A stretch of 62,008 bases of DNA, filler included. It is 12 parts of 12 records of this genome, joined end to end, with 100 filler letters (N's around TTAATTAATTAA, not from the genome) between each part and the next. Parts side by side here need not be neighbours in the genome. Positions count along the whole stretch, not along the records: positions 33,734 to 36,754 come from SRR7504441_3616; positions 36,855 to 43,602 come from SRR7504441_3620; positions 43,703 to 47,329 come from SRR7504441_3628; 9 more parts are not named here. One strand, given 5' to 3'. The stretch's first letter is position 1. The number at the start of each line of letters is the position of its first letter. The position numbers and the translations under genes are program-made. Under the pieces are notes generated by a model that did not search any database, was not told the DNA's origin, and saw only the letters and a program-made list of their open reading frames with translations. Of this stretch, positions 33,958 to 45,073 are shown piece after piece.

Positions 33958-36754
33958 ATGCCTGAGAAGCGGTCGCGGTCGCCTAGCCCACCGCCGGCCG
34001 CCCCGCTCACGATCACAGTGGCCTGCCTCAAGGGCCGCCACGAGCTCCAGCTGCGCTCCAGCGACACTGTGGCCGGACTGCAGCGCGCCGTGGCCGCTCA
34101 AGTGTTCGAGCTCAGCCCGGACTGCGGATCGGTCCGGATCTGCTTCAAAGGCGCCGAGCTCACCAACCCGGCGCAGCCGCTGGCGCAGCTGTTCGGCCCA
34201 GGGGTGACCGCGGCGGTGGTTCAGGCCATCGAACGAAAGCAGCTGGTTCCGGCGGGCGCGGTGGCCCAGGCGATGCGGGCGGTGCAGGAGAGGCCGCGAG
34301 ACCCGCAGGCAATCACACTCATAGCCCGGGGTCTCGACAGGAACACGTTCCCAGTGATAGTGCCCGCCCCGTATGCGGTCGACACACTCTTCGACCAGCT
34401 GGCGAAGATCAAACAGAGCCCCAGGGCGGCGCTGCGGCTGGTGCACCAGGGTAAGGAGATCAAACCGTCCTCCAGCCTGCTCAGCGACCTCGGAATCGTG
34501 ACCCAAGACGAGGTGATTGTGCTGGTGACGCCCGCGCAGCCAGCGAACCGGGTTGTGGGGTGCGGGCTCCTCAACCACGGTGTGAGACCTGCCAGTCGAC
34601 CAGCCGAGCCCGCGGGGGACAGGGGCTACGTGTTATCTGAATGCGATGATCCAAGTGCTGCACCAGCTGCCGCAGTTTGAGCAGCTCATCATGAACATCG
34701 ATACCGCTGCTGAGCCAGAGCACAAGGTCTCTGCCTGTCGTGCCGCTGGCTCAGCCCCAGGGGCAGCAGCCAGGGGTGGTGCTGGCGCTGCAACGTCTGT
34801 TCATCGCACTGGAGCGGAACGACCGGCAGGAGCCTGCCAGTGCTCAGGAGCTGATAGAGGCGTTTGGGTGGGGCGGCGCGCAGTCGTGGGTGCAGCAAGA
34901 CATACAAGAATTCTGCAGAGTGTTACTTGAGCACATCGACGCGCGTATCCGACACACCCCGCTGGCCGGGGCCATCAACCAGCTGTTTGGTGCGCCTGTG
35001 TGCCTGACGGAGCGGCTGAGCGGCTGTGTCGCAGAGATAAGCACGCGCTCGTTCATCAAGTGAGAGGGCAGGGCGGCCGATGGCTCAGCCAAGGCGCAGG
35101 TGTAAGAACGTGCAGTTTGAGAGCGCGCGCGATGAGAAGCATCTGGACATCTCGCTGGACGTGAGGGGGTCAAACGACTTGATCAGGTGTGAGACACGAC
35201 CACTGATGACGCTCAATTACTGCTGACAGCTCGATCCGACGATACTTGGAGCCAGAATCGTTGGAGGGGGATAACCAGTATCACGCGGATGGGCTCGGCC
35301 CGCAGGTCGCTGGCCGGGGTGTCGTAATTACCAGCTGGGTCGCACAGGACGCTATCAAAGGTATCCAGTTGCAGGAGGTGCCACCGGTCCTTAACATCCA
35401 TCTGAAGCGGTTCGACTGGCTGCGAGCCGTCTGAATCGAGCGGGCAGGTTCCTCTACGATCCGGTCAAGAACGCGGTGCTCAAGGTGCACGATTACTTCG
35501 AGTTCCCGATGGTACTAGATCTCAGCGAGTTCCTGCCAGCTGACACGAGTGCTGACCTAGCAAAGTATGCGCTGCACGCTGTGGTCGTGCACAGTGGGGC
35601 TGGAGGGAATGGCGGGCATTACTATAGCTATGTTCGGCCGGACCCTTCAGGCGATGAGTGGCAGCTGTGCAATGACAGGCAGCAGGTGAACCAGTCAGTC
35701 GGTAGAATGGTGCTGAGCATGGCTGCAGCTGAGCACGAGTGCCGAAGAGGTGAAGAAGGCATACGGGGGCCGGCGTAAGTACTCTATGGTGGATTCGAGT
35801 AAGCGAGCCGGACCTCGCTAGCGCTTGACTGCTGCTGTCTGGGCTGCAGCTACTGGGAAGAGTGTACAGAAGGAGGCTGATGTCACAGGGAATGCGTACT
35901 TTCTTATTTATATTCGAGTCTCGGATGCAAGTAAGGCGGCGCTCACTCCGAAGCAGCAGCCGCCTCCCCATGTAGAGCAGCACTACGACAAACACAGACA
36001 GGAGTCAAAGAGGTATCCCTCCCAGCAACCACTGCTGGCAGCCTTAGCCTGCTGTGCTGACAGGAAGCGTGAAGAGCTGGAGCGGCGGCGCAACTGGTTG
36101 GATGTCAAGGTGCTCACTGACAGCGAGATTGGGCCAAAGGGCGATCTTGACTTTACGAGGGCATCCATGGAGCTTATGGTGGCACGGGGATCGACAGTAG
36201 GCCAAGTGGTGCGAGCAATGTGCTCCGACTCGCCTGAATCGAGCCAACACGTACAGTTCAAGCGTGGGGCCCCATTTGACAAGCCTGTGTGGCTATGGGG
36301 CTATGATACAGCTCATTTAAAAAAGGTGGGCTTTCTCAGCACCAAGAGTACGGTCAATGCTGCGGTGGAGTTGAGTCGCTGCAAAGAGCCGGCAGACGAA
36401 TGTGCGCGGATGGTAGCAATTTGTCGAGCAGACATGCCCGTCGACTGTGATGCAGCATGCCTGGTCTCAGTGTGGGGAGTTTACCCAGGACCAGCTGAAC
36501 AGGCTCTCCGGTTCCAAAGTTTGGCAGCAAGTGCAGCATGCTCAAAGATGCCAGATGTTTATAGGCAGCTTCAGTCCCTGTGCAGCCATGCGCAGCCTGG
36601 AGAAGCTATGCATTGCATCTCGCCCAATCGTCCATTGGAGTGCATGCCTGCGAGCACTCTTGGCATGTCCTCCTCGCAACGAACAAGGCGTCGTGTGTTG
36701 GTAAGTAGCCACACCCCCGCCGCGGCAGACGCAAACCAGCTGCACCCCAGGACA
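33958..36754 (+). CDS. USP7-like deubiquitinase (C19) with two N-terminal ubiquitin-like domains (3' partial, multi-exon)
   Basis: Cys box GLLNHGATCYLN; AFGW..VQQDIQEFCRVL; LEGDNQY; PPVLNIHLKRFLYD; FEFP..LDL; His box YALHAVVVHSG..GGHYYSY; NAYFLIYIR. Confidence 0.9.
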
Positions 36755-36854
36755 NNNNNNNNNNNNNNNNNNNNNNNNNNNNNNNNNNNNNNNNNNNNTT
36801 AATTAATTAANNNNNNNNNNNNNNNNNNNNNNNNNNNNNNNNNNNNNNNNNNNN
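36755..36854. other. Artificial contig-joining spacer
   Basis: N44-TTAATTAATTAA-N44. Confidence 0.98.
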
Positions 36855-36861
36855 CGACCTG

Positions 36862-39800
36862 ATGGCCGCCAAAGCGGCCCGGCAAAAGCCCCCAGCGGCT
36901 CCGCCAGCATCCCGCGAACAGCCGGAGACGGGTGTGGACGGGCCGTCGACGGCGCGGCTCCAGCATCAGGTGGATGCGCTAGAGGGTGAGTTGGAGTTGC
37001 GAGGTGCCCAGCTGGAGCAAGCAAGGCAGCGGAGTGCCACTCTGCAGGTCGTGCTCACACCCTCGCCGTGCTCAGCGGGCGGCAGGGGGAGCTCGCGGAT
37101 AAGGACCGGGAGCTGCATGCGCTTCTGGCGGAGGAGCAGTCGCATTCTGGACCGAGCCAGCGATGGTTCAGAGGAGAGCCGCAGGAGGTGGCAGACTCCG
37201 ACCGGCAGTGGTTCCAAGGGCAGCCTCGGGATACTGCTAAGAGCGCCGAGTGCAACCGGCTGCGGATTCAGGTGACAGAGCTGGGCACGGAGCTAGAATC
37301 AATACGGGCGGCTGCGCGGTTGCAAAAGGCAGTGCTGAGCAGCAGGTTGAGTCAGCTGAAGCAAGTGCAGCTGGCTGAAGCGAGCAAGACTGCTCGGAGC
37401 AACAGCAAGCTGCTGAACAAGCTGAAGCAACAGCTGGACGAAGTCACTGCTGCGCACAGTGTGCTGCGCACCCGGTTCGTGTCTGCAAAACTGCAAGGGG
37501 CTGCAGCGCTAAGTCACGAAGTAGACAAATACAACACAGAGGTGGACAGAATGTCCGCCCGCATCGGGCAACTAGAGCACGAGCGCGAGGGCGAAGCTGC
37601 CCGGGTCGAGGCAGCAGTGCACGCCTCGCAGGCCAAGGTGCGGGCTGGCTGGTCGTAAATCCCAACGGCTGGGGCAGATTGACCAGCAGATTGCGGCCAT
37701 CCAACGGGAGAGTGACCAGAAGATGGACGCGCTCCGTGGGTCGAGAGCGGCGGTGGATGGCGAGTTGGAGGCGGCCAGGAGGGAGCTGGAGCAGGCGAGA
37801 GAGGCGCATGCGGAGCTGAAAGCAGCCAAGCTGGAGCTGGAGGCGGCCCGTGGTGAGCTGAGGCTGAAGGACGAGTTGATTGAACAGATGAAGTCTCACG
37901 AGGCCGAGGCTGCCCAATTGGGGCGGAGCAGACATCAACATGCAGCTCCGGGCGGGCTGGCAACTCACCCAGAAGCGGAGCGGACTCGCGAGAAGGTGAA
38001 GCAAATCTCCCTCGAGGCGCTGGAGAGCCCAGACCCAAGCCGTGAGCCGAGCCGGGTCCAGGTAAAGAATCAGGTCGAGAATTGGCTCACTGGTGCCGAA
38101 GCCAGGAAGCTGGCCCGCCAGTGGGTGCAGCCATTTGGGGCATCCAAGCATTATAAGTTTAACGTACAGCACAAGGACGACAGGCTTTCTAGCGGACTCG
38201 AGTGTGAAGTGTACCGAGCCAAGAATACGACCTCGGGAGAGGTCGTGGCGCTCAAATGCGTCGAAATGTACGACCTTAGTGAGTACGATGTGATCAGCGA
38301 GGAGTTCAGGATCATGAAGGCCTGTGAAGGTCACCCTCATGTGATACAGCTCCGAGGCATCTATCATGACCGCAACCGAGGGCTGCTCCAAATTGCGATG
38401 GAGATGATGATTGGCGGCACCCTGTTCGACGCTGTGAACAAGCGCGGACGATTAAGCCATCCACAGACTTGCGATGTGCTGCGTAATGTTTCGTCAGCTC
38501 TTGCGCATATGCATAACCTTGACTTTATTCACCGGGATGTCAAGCCAGAGAGTGCGTGCTTCCTTTGTATAGACCCTGACCGCTGTGGCAGATATTCTTC
38601 TCCGCAGGATTGACGACCTCAGCTCCGTTGTGCTCAGCGACTTTGAAACCGCCATTCCCAACTCTGCATCAAGCCAAGGTCCCGCCCAACTCACTGATCT
38701 CGCCTCTGACTCACACTTTGTTTCGCAGCCAAAATTGGTGAAGTGGGCACAGCTGGCTACATTTCTCCAGAAATGCTCTGCCTAAATGATTACGACTTCA
38801 AGACCGATATTTGGTCTCTTGGGGTGGTGATGTTCGTCATGCTGATCGGTGGCACCCCATTCCCGCAGTCAAACCGCAAAGAGGCTCGCGAGACCACTTG
38901 CGCTGGGCTCGGTCCTGCACACCAGGTAAGACTCCAGGAGCTTCAACCAAAGGCTGTCGAACTGTTAGAGTGGATGCTTCAACCTGATCCTGTCAATCGA
39001 GCCAGCTCAATCGATGTGTGCCAGCATGGATTCGTCTCGGGCATGCAATCCCCTGAGTCAGCACACCACTCTCCAAGTTGGCGGGGCGCCAAGCACAAAT
39101 GGGCACAGGTAAGAAACGCAGTCAATGCAGTGTTTTCGCTGCGGCGCACATTCAACAAGCGGCCGAAGAAGCCAGATAACCGCCCCAGGTCAAACACAGC
39201 AGCACCTGCTCCTCCCGGAGAGTCGAGGTTGATGGACGACAAGGAGCTCTCCCGGTTCATCAATGATGAGTCGCAGCTCAATAAGAAGTATGGCTCGCGC
39301 AACTCGCTCACTACCAACGAGAACTGTGACATCTACACAGCCAAGCGGAAAAAGGGAGGCGAGCGTGTTGTCATTAAGGTGGTAGAATGTGACCCCTACG
39401 ACCTCGGCCGAAAGGAGAAGCTGACAGAGGAGATTCGGATATTTGCTAGCATGGGCAAACATTCGAGCATTGTGACGTTTTTCGAGGCGTTCTTCAACTC
39501 TTACGAGTGCTATACAGTAATGGCTTGGGCTAAGGGTGGGGAGTTGTTCGATCGGGTCCAGCGTCACGGGGTCTACAGCGAGTCCGAGGCCCAGCTAGCA
39601 TTTGCCAAGCTGGCCGATGCGCTGTGCCATGTGCATTCGCGCGGGGTAATCCATCGGGATATCAAGCCTGAGAGTGAGCCTGCCAACTGCCTGACTACTG
39701 ATCGCTGTCGCAGATATTCTGCTTGCCTCGCCCGACGACCCCACCTCAGTGCTGCTCTCAGACTTTGATATGGCCATTGAAGACTCAGCCTCTCCTAATG

Positions 39801-40215
39801 ATAAGTTTGGACTTGTTGGCACAGCGGGGTACACAGCCCCTGAGCTTGGATCAATAAACTACAGCTACAAGGTGATTTTCCGCCGGCTGATTCTGTGCCA
39901 GGAGGAGGCCAGGTGGATGTGTGGTCACTCGCAGTGGTGCTGCACATTGTGCTGATCGGTAGGCACCCTTGGCCGATCCACGATGACGCAATTGAGGGTG
40001 TCCAGAAGCTGCGGTTTGGGGAGGAGTGGCAGTATATCTCAAGGAGTGCAATCGCTCTCATGAATGGTATGCTTGAGGTGCTGCCGGCGAAGCGACTCTC
40101 TTCACGACAAGTATACGGACATCCATGGTTCAGTAAGGACGCGGTCGCCATGAGTCACAAGGAGCCGCCGCAACGGCGTTATATATCCGACCTTCACCGT
40201 GCTCCATTGATGTAG
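36862..40215 (+). CDS. Coiled-coil protein with two tandem CAMK-like Ser/Thr kinase domains; multi-exon
   Basis: Domain 1: VALK, GGTLFD, HRDVKPENILL, SDFE, GTAGYISPE, DIWSLG. Domain 2: VVIK, GGELFD, HRDIKPENILL, SDFD, GTAGYTAPE, DVWSLA. Confidence 0.88.
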
Positions 40216-40373
40216 AATCGAATTCTAGGGTTCTCGAAAGTAGAATCGAATAGACAAAATAAACAGGTCTAGAGTCTAGGGTATTCTGAAATAACTATGG
40301 TCGGCTATGGTCCCAACTAACTTGATGACCGGCCGGTGGATCCAACGTATCTACGAAGACGACCGGAGCCGCG

Positions 40374-41585
40374 ATGGAGCTGCAGGTGCTCACGGTGAGC
40401 GGCGAGGAGGGCACCGGTTTCCTGTGGGATCTGCACACCGGCAACCTGGCCGCCCGGTTCGTCGGCTGCACCGCGGGGGCTGGCCAGCTGGCAGCCGCCG
40501 GTCGGGGGGTGTTCTTCAGCGCGGCCACGGACCAGCCCAAGCTGATGGGCTGGGCCTGGGGGCACGAGCAGCCTCGCTCGCGCTCGGTGACGCCCGAGAA
40601 GCTCCGATCGGTGGCGATCACACCGGACGCGGTCTTCCTGCTCGGAGGGGGCGAGTCCGGAACGGTCTACTGCTGGGAACTCGGGAGCGGGCGTCTGCTC
40701 GCCGGGTTCCCGGGGCACTATGGCGCGGTGGGTAGCATCGCGGTGGCTGACGACGGCGAATTGGTCTGCACCGGGGGGGATGACGCCATCGTGCACACTT
40801 GGCGGTTGGGGGATCTTGTTGTAGCCGGCGCCTCGGTGCCGACCGAGCGAGGCTCGTGGACAGAGCATTCGCTGCCGGTGACCGCAGTGCGGTGCGGCTC
40901 GGGCGGACTGGCGGGGCACATTGTGACGGCGTCACAGGACCAGACGATCAAGGTGTGGCAGCCGATGCAGGAGCCGCATTGCGTGCTTTCTGTCTCACTG
41001 CCCACTCCGCTGAGCTGTGTCGCAATTGACTCGCTTGAGCGGTCGGTGGCCACGGCAGGCGAGGACGGCATGATCTACCATCTCCCATTGGTCCTCGTAC
41101 CGGGCGCGCCCACCCAGCACGTCCTAGCCGGACACACGGCTCCGGTACTCTCGCTGGCAATCACATTCGATGGAGCCCTGCTCGTGTCGTGCTCGCGTGA
41201 CCAAACCGCCCGAGTGTGGGACTTGGCCAGCGCCCAGCAGGTGCTCAGCTTCACACTGCACGCCGGGGCTGTGAGCAGCTGCCTGATCCTCAGCTGCTTC
41301 AACCGCCAGTCGAGCGCGCAGCAGCTGGTGCCGCTCCATCGCAGGCTGCCCCAGCACGACGACCCCGATGAGGTCAAGGACGCGCCCATCCCTGCTGTGC
41401 AGCTGGCGAGCAGCGGCAGTGAGCTGCTCGGGAGGCCTGGTGGCGAGCAGGGTCCCAAGGGCGATGCGCTGCATGAGCTGCAAGTTGAGCTGGCAGCAGA
41501 GCGGGAGCGGGCCGACCATTGGGAGGGGCTGGCTACTGAGCTGCAGAAGAGTGCGGTTGGGCGGGCCGCGGAGGCGCTGAAGTGA
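40374..41585 (+). CDS. WDR18: WD40 protein WDR18/Ipi3 (rixosome, pre-60S), intronless
   Basis: PEKLRSVA..GGGESGTVYCWELGSGRLL..GHY..TGGDDA..W; WTEHSLPVT..GSGG..VTASQDQTIKVW; C-terminal coiled coil. Confidence 0.85.
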   Translation: MELQVLTVSGEEGTGFLWDLHTGNLAARFVGCTAGAGQLAAAGRGVFFSAATDQPKLMGWAWGHEQPRSRSVTPEKLRSVAITPDAVFLLGGGESGTVYCWELGSGRLLAGFPGHYGAVGSIAVADDGELVCTGGDDAIVHTWRLGDLVVAGASVPTERGSWTEHSLPVTAVRCGSGGLAGHIVTASQDQTIKVWQPMQEPHCVLSVSLPTPLSCVAIDSLERSVATAGEDGMIYHLPLVLVPGAPTQHVLAGHTAPVLSLAITFDGALLVSCSRDQTARVWDLASAQQVLSFTLHAGAVSSCLILSCFNRQSSAQQLVPLHRRLPQHDDPDEVKDAPIPAVQLASSGSELLGRPGGEQGPKGDALHELQVELAAERERADHWEGLATELQKSAVGRAAEALK

Positions 41586-41776
41586 GGATCATCGATTCCG
41601 TTGGTCAATAAAGCTACAAAACGAATGTAATTGTTTACCACACTATAGCACGAGGTACGTACTGTACGTAGCTAAGGCCCCGTTTTTTCGATCGGCAACT
41701 CCTCTATCCCGGCGTAATCTCGTTACTCCTCTAATTCGGCAAACGGAAGCATGTGTAGGCCAGGCACCTCAGGTTC

Positions 41777-42340
41777 TCAGCCCAACAGCATCGGCCTCTC
41801 TTGATCGTCGAGCCGTTCCCCAGCCACCGCCAGCTGGGCCGCTCTGTGCTCCATCCCGTCTAAGTACCGCGTCAGATGCTCGTTCACAGACTTGCCCACC
41901 TCGCCAAGCAGCAGCTGGCCGCTCGCCCCGCCCGAGGCCCCGCCCACCGGCTCAGCCAGCGCCAGACTAACGAACAGCGCCACGAACTCGACGTCGTCCA
42001 CCCGGCCGTCCCTCGACGTATCGGCCTGCGCCTCCACCCATTCCAGCGGCACGCCGCACGCCTGGCTGAACAGGCGCAGTGGGATCCCGCTCGGCTCGGC
42101 CAAGTGGTTGTACGCTGCCTCCAGCCTCCGTCGGACGGATGGCAGCACAAGCACCGCTGCCGCCCCGAGAAGGTCGGCTGGGGCCGTGAGTGGCTCCGGC
42201 TGGCTGTGGCCGACCCGGGCCAGGTCGGCCCGCATCGAGGCCTTGAGCTCGGTCCGATGGTGCACGTCGTACGGCGAGAAACGCCTACTCTTCCACGGCG
42301 AGAGCCGCGTCCGCGCCTTGCCCCCTCCGAGAGCTTCCAT
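41777..42340 (-). CDS. Small EF-hand-containing hypothetical protein
   Basis: 187-aa ORF with the EF loop ADTSRDGRVDDVEFVALF. Confidence 0.6.
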   Translation of the reverse strand: MEALGGGKARTRLSPWKSRRFSPYDVHHRTELKASMRADLARVGHSQPEPLTAPADLLGAAAVLVLPSVRRRLEAAYNHLAEPSGIPLRLFSQACGVPLEWVEAQADTSRDGRVDDVEFVALFVSLALAEPVGGASGGASGQLLLGEVGKSVNEHLTRYLDGMEHRAAQLAVAGERLDDQERPMLLG

Positions 42341-42388
42341 AGGCTTCCGTTATTAAAACGGAATCTGGCCTGTGTCCGGTGCCTCTTC
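42341..42388. promoter_or_regulatory. Minimal bidirectional promoter with an inverted AACGGAA pair
   Basis: 48 nt between divergent ATGs, containing TTCCGTT-ATTAA-AACGGAA at 42345-42363. Confidence 0.55.
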
Positions 42389-43364
42389 ATGAAGATGCTC
42401 TTGCTTCTCCTGGCTACTGCCCTGCTGCCCTGCTCCTGGGCGGCCTCCGGTCCCATCGACAACCAGTGGCGCAGCTGGCTCGACGCCCCACCGGCCCGAG
42501 CCGTCAACCTCACCCGGCAGCTCCGTTCCCGAGCTGACGCTCTTGCAGCTGGGCTGAACGGGTCTTGGCCCGGACCGATCGACCTGGTGTGCAGTGGGGG
42601 TGGAGATCTGAATGCCTACTATGCGGGAATCGAGATGGTGCTCTCGAGGGTCTCCGCGAAGTCGCCGGGGCTCAAACAGTACCGGCGGGCCGGGGCGAGC
42701 GGAGGCGGTTGGATCATCTTCGAATTGGCGCTCAAGGGCGAGCAACGGACGCTCGAGTCGTACCTGTCGTATGGCATGCTCCAAGAGGTGAGTAGGGCCC
42801 GCCCCGTCCTTGCCCTCACAGCCTGCTTAGGCCAATCCGATTCACTTTGCGACCATCGCTAGCACGGTTCTGCTGCAGGATCATCATTGGCGGATCATGG
42901 CAGCGTGGCAAGCCCAAAAGTGGAACGCGACGCTGGACACGCTCGACGGCCGAGTCAATCTGGCCCTCGCCTGCGGCTGGACTGAGACCAAGCTCAAAGT
43001 AGTCAACCAGTTTACTTCGCCCGCGCAGGCAGCCTCAGCGTTTATTTCGACCGGTGCAATCAGCCAGATCTACCTCGGCGACTGGTGCGCTGACGGCAGC
43101 GGAGTTTCAGGACCAAACATGACCCCGCTGTTCCAAGACGCGGCCCGGCCGCAACTGATCGTGAACCTAATGGAGACTGGGTTTCCAACAATCGAAATGG
43201 GCGGCGGCAAGTTCAGCTCATCGCAATATTTTCAGCTGGTCCAGCGTGGTCAAGACGAGGCGGTGGAGTTCCTCCAGACTCGCAAGGTGGCGCGCAACAA
43301 AGCGGCCATCACACTGTGTCCGACTAGGGCGCGAGTCAAGTCCAACGTGTGTGAGACGCTCTAA
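42389..43364 (+). CDS. Secreted patatin-like acyl hydrolase, 2 exons
   Basis: Signal peptide; DLVCSGGG oxyanion motif, GASGG nucleophile elbow, ADGS; intron 42788-42830. Confidence 0.72.
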
Positions 43365-43602
43365 GCAAGATCTGAGCTTAATCTGAGCTTTATACCCTTA
43401 CGTACGTGTTCGTAGATGTAGCGAGCGATACAGCAAAAATACTACGTGTCAGTGTCCTAAATCTCGTATAACATTGCGTCTCCTAGACCTTCGTATCCAA
43501 CTCAGCTAGTGTGGCCAATTTTGCCGGAGCGCTATTAGAGCGCTATGGCTTTGACGAGGAGTCGATGACCGTTGTCGAGCTCCGCGACTACGACGTGCTC
43601 GG

Positions 43603-43702
43603 NNNNNNNNNNNNNNNNNNNNNNNNNNNNNNNNNNNNNNNNNNNNTTAATTAATTAANNNNNNNNNNNNNNNNNNNNNNNNNNNNNNNNNNNNNNNNNN
43701 NN
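43603..43702. other. Artificial contig-joining spacer
   Basis: N44-TTAATTAATTAA-N44. Confidence 0.98.
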
Positions 43703-43940
43703 CTTCGTGAGGCTTATATATAAGTTTTTCAAACGTGACGCACTGGACCTAGTGCCGCGAAGGCTCAGTAAGCCTAATTCTTACTTGACAATTTTAACTT
43801 GTAATCTCTACCTTGCAAGATTTCTCTGAATTCAGTCTGCTAGCACCATATAGTAAAGGAGCCACCCGGTGGCTTGAGTCCCCCCGTTGGGGGGGGTCGC
43901 TTGGTTGCTTAATAAACAGTACATGTAAGCGCTCCGTGAC

Positions 43941-44911
43941 TTAGTTTCCATTGGATTGCTCAGCCGTTGCCGCTGTTGGTTTGACCGATATCCTGAACGA
44001 GCATCTGCAAGGCAGCTATCATACTGATTGAACAAAAAATACCGGGGTAGATTGAGCCTCTTATTCTCCGCCAGCTCCACCTAGCCGCGTTCACTGGCCA
44101 ACCTAGCATTAGTTGCACCTCTGGTGTCACGTTAGCCTGGACTCCGAGGCTATCCAGTGCCCCTCTGATCATACCTGAAATTGGGGACAATTCATATGAA
44201 TAACAAAGCTTTCATACCGCAAGGGAAGGCCAAGTAGACCATCAGCCGCTCCTGTCCCAGCCTGCAGCCATACCGGCCTGTCCAGGTGATCACCTTGGGC
44301 GGGTTGCCAGCCAGGAATGGCTGAAGCACACGGAAGTCGTTGTCGCACAATAGGAATGTGCCTGAATGACACGAGATTACTCCCAGCAGCGTGACGACAG
44401 AGCAGAATATTGCCATACCTTGATAATCTGTCTTGAGCGTGTCGATATCTTTCAAGAACGTGCGCCGCCAAAATTCCTGAATGGGCCGGCCGCCGTGAAC
44501 GGGCTCCCACGGTGGCGGTTGGGTCTACCTTGCAGATATACTTGACCACCTGCCACCCTAGTTAGTCCATACCGGTTCACATCCCAAATCAGCCGCCTGC
44601 AGGTCGCCCACCAGTCGCGGCTCGTGCTTAATCGCGTATTTATCCCCAAGTCTTTGGCCCTGCCACCGACTCTCCCTCGTCAGCAGGGACCCGTGGCACA
44701 CCACATCGAACCCAAGCGCCTCTAGCCTGGCACTGTGCCTTCATGACCCACCGATTATGCGTCGCACCTGTAGAGCGCCAGTGGCCCCGGGCCGGTTGCA
44801 GCTGTCCATGTGGCCAGCTGCCTCCCGATGTGAGGCAGTTGCGGGGGCTGGAGGGATGTGGGCTACCTCCAGGTGCAGCAGCTCGAAGCTGGCTGCCGCC
44901 ACCATGGACAT
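43941..44911 (-). CDS. TRAPPC6: TRAPP complex subunit 6 (Trs33), about 10 introns; not visible as one ORF
   Basis: Manual splicing gives SFELLHLE..RLEALGFDVGQRL..PRLVGDLQVVKYICKEFWRRTFLKDIDTLKTDYQGTFLLCDNDF..YLAFPCGMIRGALDSLGV..LPRCSFRI. Confidence 0.88.
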
Positions 44912-45073
44912 TTCTACGCTGGCAGGTTGGAATGAGCTTTTCTATTCGGCACGGCCTGTCGCGAAGCACGCCGGGTACCTGGTATCCTCTGCTCTGTACA
45001 GCCGGTATATTTACAAGTACAACGCAGTATTGCTAGTACGGCCGCGGTAGAGTCTATAGGGACCAACTTGCAG

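Noticed and set aside
43859-43900. Two small hairpins downstream of TRAPPC6 as a terminator or element end
   Set aside because: Short, single-copy and in a eukaryotic context; no supporting evidence.
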